Source: an uncultured Sediminibacterium sp. (GTDB lineage Bacteria > Bacteroidota > Bacteroidia > Chitinophagales > Chitinophagaceae). From it: 64,000 nt of DNA. Below are positions 57,339-64,000 of the stretch, one piece after another; within the stretch, counting starts at the first letter, position 1; each line of letters begins with the position of its first letter. The notes beneath the pieces are model-generated. The model was not told the DNA's origin. It searched no databases and saw nothing but the letters and a program-made list of their open reading frames with translations. The stretch lies in contig CAZTDV010000011.1 in assembly GCA_964612195.1 (NCBI GenBank), positions 4,950 to 68,949 of the forward strand. The letters run 5' to 3'. The position numbers were made by a program, and so were the translations under genes.

Positions 57339-58427
57339 TTAACTGTTAAATGTTTCCATATAAGCAGTTATCAATCTTGGGAATGCAAATTGATTGAGTT
57401 CTTTCTCATTTATCCATATAAGGCCATTCAAGGGTTTAGGAGACTGGTTTAGTTGTACATGAATAAACTGACTTGTTATTTGTTGATGGGTTAATTGCTG
57501 GGTTCTTATAGTTGAAATATTGAATACAGTTGACTTACTAATTCCTAGTTGATTTTGTAACCAATTATTTACAGTTTCAATGTTCCAGCTTAGGCCAGCT
57601 ATCGCTTCAATAGCATAAAACTCATATAATCCTTGCCAAATATCTTTTTGCATTCGTTGTTTAATTCCAATGCTGCCCTTGTAATGAAAAACCATATAAT
57701 AAATCCATCTCTTTTTTCGGTTAATGGTTTTTGTTTTAATTGGCAATTGATTAACCTGACTATTCATTTTAGCAGCACAATTGCTTGCCAATACACAACT
57801 GTTACATAAAGGCAATGCTGGCTTGCATATGGTAGCCCCAAAATCCATTATGGCCTGGTTATATATCCCCGGTTGTGTTTTATCTAATAGTTCTGTTGCG
57901 AGTGTTGTAAAATAATTTTTGCCTTCAGCAGTATCTATTGGTTTTTCAATTCCAAAATACCTTGCTATTACCCTAAACACATTTCCATCTACTACTGCGT
58001 AAGGTTGGTCAAATGCAAATGAAGCAATGGCTGCCGCTGTATACGGCCCTACTCCCTTTAGCTTCAATATTACTTCATACTCAACGGGGAATTTCCCTCT
58101 TAATTCAAAAGCAATATATCGTGCAGTAAATAACAAATTTCTGCACCTGCTATAATAACCTAAACCTTCCCATAATTTGAATACAGATTCGTCCTTGGCA
58201 TTAGCAAGTAAGCCAACAGTAGGAAATATTTCTATAAACTTATTGTAGTAATCTAAACCCTGCTCTACCCTGGTTTGTTGTAATATGACTTCACTTAACC
58301 ATATTTTATATGGATCTTTTTCGCCTTTCCAAGGCATTTTCCGCTCATTTTCCTGTTTATTCCATAGCATGAGTTTGTGCGTAAAAAAGTCATTTAAGTG
58401 CTGTTTTAAACTATTTTTAATGGGCAT
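57339..58427 (-). CDS. mutY: A/G-specific adenine glycosylase
   Basis: WLSEVILQQTRV, WEGLGYYSR, GVGPYTA, VDGNV, Fe-S Cys motif. Confidence 0.96.
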   Translation of the reverse strand: MPIKNSLKQHLNDFFTHKLMLWNKQENERKMPWKGEKDPYKIWLSEVILQQTRVEQGLDYYNKFIEIFPTVGLLANAKDESVFKLWEGLGYYSRCRNLLFTARYIAFELRGKFPVEYEVILKLKGVGPYTAAAIASFAFDQPYAVVDGNVFRVIARYFGIEKPIDTAEGKNYFTTLATELLDKTQPGIYNQAIMDFGATICKPALPLCNSCVLASNCAAKMNSQVNQLPIKTKTINRKKRWIYYMVFHYKGSIGIKQRMQKDIWQGLYEFYAIEAIAGLSWNIETVNNWLQNQLGISKSTVFNISTIRTQQLTHQQITSQFIHVQLNQSPKPLNGLIWINEKELNQFAFPRLITAYMETFNS

Positions 58428-58589
58428 ATTGGGTTATTTGGCCGTTCATTTTGTTAATATATAATCAAATTTATAATTGTAAGTAATTGAATTATTTGAT
58501 AATGTCACAAAAAAGAGGTTCATTTTTTTGGGTAATTCACCTTTATTTTGTTACTTTAAACCAACAACTTATTATAAAAACAATTAATA

Positions 58590-58874
58590 ATGAGAAAATC
58601 AGATCTCATCAATAACATTTCGGAAAAAACAGGTATACCAAAAGTAGATGTTTTGGTGACGCTTGAGACGATGTTTAAAGAAGTAAAAGAAAATTTGTCT
58701 CAGGGTCAAAACATTTATATACGCGGGTTTGGTAGCTTTATTACAAAAAAGAGAGCTGCTAAAATTGGTAGAAATATCAAAAAGAATGTGGCTGTTGAAA
58801 TTCCAGAACATTTTATTCCTGCATTTAAACCTGCTAAAGAATTTGTTAGTGAAGTAAAAAGCAAGCGTAAGTAG
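58590..58874 (+). CDS. HU/IHF family DNA-binding protein
   Basis: IRGFGSF, RAAKIGRNI, PAFKP. Confidence 0.95.
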   Translation: MRKSDLINNISEKTGIPKVDVLVTLETMFKEVKENLSQGQNIYIRGFGSFITKKRAAKIGRNIKKNVAVEIPEHFIPAFKPAKEFVSEVKSKRK

Positions 58875-58900
58875 TTACCTTTGCCGAAACTGAACTAAAA

Positions 58901-59764
58901 GTGAAAAAACAACAATACGTTCTTTCTGCAATTGCATTGATTCTTTGTATTGCGCTTTATATAGGCGGCAAAACTGTTCCCGATAAAACAGCAGCAACCA
59001 CACATACTGAAGGTGATGGACATGACCATTCTGCTGAATCTCCCCAAAAAATTGATTTTAAGAGCATTTTAGCTTCAGCTAAAGCCACCATAACACCCAA
59101 TCAGGCCCAAAGACTGACTGCCTTGGAAAATTCTGTTACCAGAGGTGACGTAAAAGAGCAGCAAATTCATGCTTTTCACGAGATAGCTAGATTCTGGTTA
59201 GACTCTGCTAGAAAGTTTGAATTGTACGCATATTATACTTCTGAAGCTGCGAAGTTGGAAAATTCTGAAAAAAGCCTCACCTTTGCCGCCCGCTTGTTTT
59301 TAGACCGCCTGATGATGTCTGGTGATCCGGCCATGCAAACATGGTTAGCAAACAATGCGAAAGTTCTTTTAGAGAATGCCCTTAAAATCAATCCTGCAAA
59401 TGATTCAAGCAGAATTGGACTAGGTTCTTGTTACCTATTTGGCAATATTAGTTCTAACCCTATGGAAGGAATTAATATGATTCGTCAAGTGGTAGAAAAG
59501 AACCCTGGAAATATTTATGGGCAGATGATGCTTGCGCTCGGAGGTAAAAAAAGTGGTCAATACGATAAAGCAATTGAACGTTTTTTACTGATTGTGCAAA
59601 AGGAACCAGACAATATTGAAGCTGTATTTCATATAGCCGAATGTTATGACCTTAAAGGAGACAAACCAAATGCAATTGTTTATTACGAAAAAGCAAAACA
59701 ATTGGTGAAAATTCCTCAGGCTAAAGAAGAGCTGAATAACAGAATCATGGAATTGAAAAAATAA
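58901..59764 (+). CDS. Tetratricopeptide repeat protein with N-terminal membrane anchor
   Basis: N-terminal TM, His-rich HTEGDGHDH, TPR-like helices. Confidence 0.8.
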   Translation: MKKQQYVLSAIALILCIALYIGGKTVPDKTAATTHTEGDGHDHSAESPQKIDFKSILASAKATITPNQAQRLTALENSVTRGDVKEQQIHAFHEIARFWLDSARKFELYAYYTSEAAKLENSEKSLTFAARLFLDRLMMSGDPAMQTWLANNAKVLLENALKINPANDSSRIGLGSCYLFGNISSNPMEGINMIRQVVEKNPGNIYGQMMLALGGKKSGQYDKAIERFLLIVQKEPDNIEAVFHIAECYDLKGDKPNAIVYYEKAKQLVKIPQAKEELNNRIMELKK

Positions 59765-59794
59765 ATTATTGTTTAACTATTTAAATCTCTTTGT

Positions 59795-59890
59795 ATGCCT
59801 TGTGGTAAGAAAAGAAAGCGTCATAAAATTGCGACGCACAAAAGAAAAAAACGTCTAAGAAAGAATCGTCATAAGAAGAAGAATAAATAA
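59795..59890 (+). CDS. Small basic ribosomal protein, bS22-like (31 aa; not in the ORF track)
   Basis: ATG..TAA encodes MPCGKKRKRHKIATHKRKKRLRKNRHKKKNK. Confidence 0.85.
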   Translation: MPCGKKRKRHKIATHKRKKRLRKNRHKKKNK

Positions 59891-59908
59891 TTCTCCTTTT
59901 GCACATAT

Positions 59909-59943
59909 TTAAATGCAATGCACCATTGGTGCATTGCATTTAA
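59909..59943. repeat. Perfect 17-bp inverted repeat
   Basis: TTAAATGCAATGCACCA-T-TGGTGCATTGCATTTAA. Confidence 0.85.
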
Positions 59944-60082
59944 TACTTATCTACCATTTGCTGTTGCCACTTAATTTTCTGCAACTTTACTCCTCCTCCT
60001 TCTTCAGCAGCATTGTTTAGGTTAAGTAGATGATAGGTCCTGCAATTAGGTACCTATTACTGTATATTAAAGTTGCGAACCT

Positions 60083-61639
60083 GTGAACAAAGAATTAATT
60101 ATCAATGCCGGAACAACCGGCGTAGAAATAGCTTTACTAGAAGATAAAAAACTGGTTGAGCTTCATAGCGAAAGTACTGATATGAACTTTGCTGTGGGCG
60201 ACCTCTATTTGGGCAAAGTGAAGAAGCTCATTCCTGGACTAAACGCTGCATTTGTAGATGTTGGTTACGAAAAAGATGCTTTCCTTCACTATACCGATTT
60301 AAGTCCTTATGTAAGATCAATCATTAAGTACACCCAATTGGCCATGCACGACAAAGAGCCAAATGGATTTGATTTTTCAAAATTTCAAACAGAACCTGAA
60401 ATATTAAAAACAGGAAAAATAAATGAAGTTTTAAATGGCAAACCCAATGTGCTTGTACAAATATTAAAAGAGCCCATTGCAGCCAAAGGACCACGTTTAA
60501 GTTGTGAAATTTCTTTACCGGGTCGTTTTGTAGTAGTTACACCATTCAATGAAATAGTAGCTGTTTCAAAAAAAATACATTCAGGTGACGAGCGTAAGCG
60601 CTTACACAAAATTGTAGAAGCAATTCGTCCTAAGAACTTTGGAATTATTGTAAGAACCGCTGCTGAAGGCAAAAGCACTGCTGAATTACACCAAGATTTA
60701 TTAAGCATCATTGAAAATTGGAATGGAATTCAGAAAAAACTAAAAGGCGCTGTAGCACCTATTAGAATTTTAAGTGAAGAAACCAAAACTACGAGCATAC
60801 TTAGAGATTTGCTTAGTGCAGATTTTAATAAAGTGGTGGTAAATGACCCTACCATATTCAATGATATACAGGCTTATATTCAAAGAATTGCTCCTGATAA
60901 AAAAGATATTGTAAGCTTATTTCAAGGAAACGGCCTTCCTATTTTTGACCACTATGGCATAACCAAACAGGTAAAAAGCTCTTTTGGTAAAACAGTCAAT
61001 TTACCAAGTGGTGCTTATTTAATTATTGAGCATACCGAAGCATTGCATGTAGTAGATGTAAACAGTGGATACAAAAGTGTTAGCAATAATCAAGAGGAAA
61101 ATGCTTTGCAAACTAATCTTGAAGCCGCAGAAGAAATGGCAAGGCAATTAAGGTTAAGAGATATAGGTGGCATTATTGTGGTTGATTTCATAGACATGAA
61201 GCTGCCCGATAACAAAAGAAAATTACAAGAAGCAATGGAAGGTTTTATGAAGACCGACCGAGCTAAGCATTCAGTTCTTCCAATATCTAAGTTCGGGTTA
61301 ATGCAAATTACCCGACAACGTATGCGACCTGAAGTGAATATCAATACCGCTGAAATTTGCCCAGTATGTAAGGGTTCAGGCAAAATCACTTCAACACTGT
61401 TATTAGAAGATGAGATTGAAAAGCGTTTGTATTATTTAACCTCCCATGCACATAAAAATCTTACGTTGGTGGTTAATCCAATTGTTTATTCACATTTAAC
61501 TAAAGGGCTTTTCTTTAGCTCAATTATTAGAAAATGGAATAAAAAATTTAAGACAAAAATCAGTATTAAAGCCAACACCAATTACCATATTGTAGAGTTC
61601 CGCTTCTTTAATGAACACGAAGAAGAAATAAAACTATAA
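60083..61639 (+). CDS. Rne/Rng family ribonuclease
   Basis: S1 domain, LNAAFVD, KEPIAAKGPRL, VDVNSG, LRLRDIGGIIVVDFIDM, CPVC. Confidence 0.95.
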   Translation: MNKELIINAGTTGVEIALLEDKKLVELHSESTDMNFAVGDLYLGKVKKLIPGLNAAFVDVGYEKDAFLHYTDLSPYVRSIIKYTQLAMHDKEPNGFDFSKFQTEPEILKTGKINEVLNGKPNVLVQILKEPIAAKGPRLSCEISLPGRFVVVTPFNEIVAVSKKIHSGDERKRLHKIVEAIRPKNFGIIVRTAAEGKSTAELHQDLLSIIENWNGIQKKLKGAVAPIRILSEETKTTSILRDLLSADFNKVVVNDPTIFNDIQAYIQRIAPDKKDIVSLFQGNGLPIFDHYGITKQVKSSFGKTVNLPSGAYLIIEHTEALHVVDVNSGYKSVSNNQEENALQTNLEAAEEMARQLRLRDIGGIIVVDFIDMKLPDNKRKLQEAMEGFMKTDRAKHSVLPISKFGLMQITRQRMRPEVNINTAEICPVCKGSGKITSTLLLEDEIEKRLYYLTSHAHKNLTLVVNPIVYSHLTKGLFFSSIIRKWNKKFKTKISIKANTNYHIVEFRFFNEHEEEIKL

Positions 61640-61702
61640 AGAATCAATAGTCAATTAGAATAGTTCTTTGAGCACTATTCAATTTTAAAAATTATCCATA
61701 AT

Positions 61703-61740
61703 AAAAACCCCGGTTCATTTTAAATGACCGGGGTTTCTTT
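61703..61740. terminator. Bidirectional terminator between rng and susD
   Basis: AAAAACCCCGGT..ACCGGGGTTTCTTT. Confidence 0.85.
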
Positions 61741-61768
61741 ATTCAAGAAAGTTTATTTGAGTAAACTA

Positions 61769-63157
61769 CTAGTATCCTGCATTTTGAACAAGATTCTTAT
61801 TTACGTCTGTTTCTCTTCTAGGAATAGGTAAAATTAATTTAGCATCGTTCCAAGCTAATGTACCAACTGATGTTTGTAAACGCTTAGCTTCAATTAAAGT
61901 ATGTCCTTCGAAAGCCAATTCCAATGATCTTTCATTGGTAATATCAGCTAATGAAACAGTTAACAATGAAGCCAAACCAACTCGGTTGCGGATTCTATTG
62001 ATATCAGCCAAAGGTGTAGCACCAATGATGGTTCCTAAACGTTGATTACACTCTGCACGAGTAAGGAACATTTCGGCCAAACGAATAATAGCTACATCAC
62101 CAAAACGATCTAAATGCTTATTGGTATAATAGTTACCTCCGCTTAATGTGAAATATCCTTTTCTGAAGTCACCAGTTTCATATGCATTAATATGAGTTAG
62201 TCTGATTTTACAATCGCTTCTACCAGCAGTTCCAGCAATACCCACATTTCTTCCGAAATAGGTATTCTGAGAGTTAGTACCATCTTGTGCAGTAACTTTT
62301 AAAGAGAATAAATATTCTCCAGGAGTTCCGCCTGCGTTATTGATAAATGTAAACCAGTTGCTACCAAAATTAGCTGCTAAATTTTTACCGCTTCCTGTAA
62401 TTACACGGTTAGCAGCATCTCTTGCATTTGCATAATCTTTAACCATTAAATACACACGGCTTAACTGAGCTGCAGCAGCCCATTTACTTACGTAATTACC
62501 GTTAGAATTAGGCAATAAAGTTTCTGCTTTAACTAAGTCAGCAATAACTTGATCATAAACTGCTTTTACGGTTGCTCTAGCAGGGTAGTTTGCATCAGTT
62601 ACGTTACCTGTTGGTGTTAAAACCAAAGGAACACCTGGGTTAGTTGCATAATCTCCATCTCCCACAAACTTTGCATACAATCTTACCAATTCAAAATACA
62701 TTGACGCTCTAAGCATTAATGCTTCACCTTCTACTGAATTTCTTTTTGTAGTTGATGAAGTCACTTTAGCTACTGCAGTCAACACATTGTTACAACGATT
62801 AATAGTATTGTAACAAGCAGCCCAAGTATCTCTAGCAAAACCGTTATCTGAAACCATTTGGGTTTGATATGCATCAGAAAGTCCTGCAAAAGTACCTGTG
62901 AAATTAATATTGGTTGAATTTCCTATTAGGTCATTCAATACCATGATATCTCCTCCATAAGCAGCAGCACTTTGTGCACCATCATAAGCACCGATTAATG
63001 TTACCAAAACATCACCTTCTGTGTTTAATGCAAGGTTGTCAGCAATACTTGCTGTAGGAGCAATATCCAGTCTCTTTTCGCAACTTACCAGTGTAATGGT
63101 ACCTAAAAGCAAAGCTGCTTTAAAGTAATTACTCATGTTGTTGATTAATATTTTCAT
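61769..63157 (-). CDS. RagB/SusD family lipoprotein
   Basis: Lipobox LVSC, IRLAEMFL, ERSLELAFEG, LPIP..E, QNAGY. Confidence 0.93.
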   Translation of the reverse strand: MKILINNMSNYFKAALLLGTITLVSCEKRLDIAPTASIADNLALNTEGDVLVTLIGAYDGAQSAAAYGGDIMVLNDLIGNSTNINFTGTFAGLSDAYQTQMVSDNGFARDTWAACYNTINRCNNVLTAVAKVTSSTTKRNSVEGEALMLRASMYFELVRLYAKFVGDGDYATNPGVPLVLTPTGNVTDANYPARATVKAVYDQVIADLVKAETLLPNSNGNYVSKWAAAAQLSRVYLMVKDYANARDAANRVITGSGKNLAANFGSNWFTFINNAGGTPGEYLFSLKVTAQDGTNSQNTYFGRNVGIAGTAGRSDCKIRLTHINAYETGDFRKGYFTLSGGNYYTNKHLDRFGDVAIIRLAEMFLTRAECNQRLGTIIGATPLADINRIRNRVGLASLLTVSLADITNERSLELAFEGHTLIEAKRLQTSVGTLAWNDAKLILPIPRRETDVNKNLVQNAGY

Positions 63158-63176
63158 AATAGTTAGTATTAATTAA

Positions 63177-64000
63177 TTAAAAACCTACGTTCACACCAAA
63201 TAAAATAGTTCTTGGTTGTGGTGATGTATAGAAATCGTTTCCTTTAGCAATGTTTGAATCGAAAGAGTCAGCATTAACTTCTGGATCCCAATAAGTGTAA
63301 TTGGTAAAGGTTAACAAGTTCTGAGCCGATACATACAATCTTAAACGCTCGATTTTAAATTTAGACAATTGCTTTGCATTGAAAGTATAACCCAAAGAAA
63401 CAGTTCTTAAACGGATATATGATCCATCAACTATATAACGGCTGCTTGCCTGAGAACCATTCACTCTATACAAACGTACTTGAGGAACATCGGTGATATC
63501 ACCAGGCTTCTGCCATCTTCTTAACTGATCTGCAGTGTTGTTGTCTTCGTATAACATACTTGCAGAAGAGTATCTACCCATACCATAGATATTGTTCTCG
63601 TTACCTAATACACCATTAAAGAAAATTGATGCATCAAATCCTTTGTAAGAGAAAGTATTGGTAATACCTAAGATATAATCTGGGTTTGGATCACCCGCTA
63701 CTATACGCTGTGCTTGAGAATAAATACTTGTTGTTCCTTTATTTAAAGAACCATCCGCATTCTTGGTATTTAAATAGAATAAAGCGTTTCCGTTTGCAGG
63801 ATCAACTCCAGCGTATTGTGGTGTGTAGAATACCCCTACTGCATATCCTTCTTCCACACGGTTCATACTACTGATACCGCCCTCAATAATTTGACCTTGA
63901 ATATCAGTTACTTTACCAATGTTACGAGCGATATTAAAGCTGGTACCCCATTTGAAAGCACCAATTAAGTTTTGGGTATTTAATACAAATTCAAAACCCT
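63177..64000 (-). CDS. SusC/RagA TonB-dependent transporter (3' part; 5' end outside window)
   Basis: Frame is open to the window edge; GVDPANG, DGSYIRLR, DPEV, PRT..FG.NVGF. Confidence 0.93.
   Translation of the reverse strand, partial: GFEFVLNTQNLIGAFKWGTSFNIARNIGKVTDIQGQIIEGGISSMNRVEEGYAVGVFYTPQYAGVDPANGNALFYLNTKNADGSLNKGTTSIYSQAQRIVAGDPNPDYILGITNTFSYKGFDASIFFNGVLGNENNIYGMGRYSSASMLYEDNNTADQLRRWQKPGDITDVPQVRLYRVNGSQASSRYIVDGSYIRLRTVSLGYTFNAKQLSKFKIERLRLYVSAQNLLTFTNYTYWDPEVNADSFDSNIAKGNDFYTSPQPRTILFGVNVGF

Overview
AT-rich chromosomal window from a Bacteroidota genome, probably family Chitinophagaceae. That assignment is inferred from the gldKLMN/gldDE genes, SusC/SusD, repeated TAnnTTTG -7 promoter boxes and gene order. 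The left half holds uvrC (5' partial), the gldKLMN gliding/T9SS operon, hemD/hemW/gpsA, a TolC-adaptor pair, a cobalamin riboswitch with btuB-cobT-cobS-cobC, tRNA-Arg(CCG), and a carotenoid cluster (crtI-crtB-idi-crtD-cruF-crtZ-crtY) with an ECF sigma and a B12-binding CarH/LitR-type regulator. The right half holds nucleotide-sugar genes, an AmgK/RapZ-CTD fusion with MurU, umuDC, higBA, a stand-alone CarB C-terminal half, comEC, purH, mutY-ssb-gldE-gldD, HU-TPR-bS22-rng and a SusC/SusD pair. The most notable oddities are: (1) a GC-rich structured tract 3' of tRNA-Arg, made of a four-way-junction element plus a 36-bp repeat of tRNA T-arm-like flanks enclosing variable hairpins; (2) a UmuD lacking both catalytic residues, behind a CTAA-N5-TTAG palindrome; (3) a candidate sRNA with an anti-start-codon seed; (4) a cobU-less B12 operon; (5) a split carB. 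All calls are by motif recognition only; no searches or folding programs were run.
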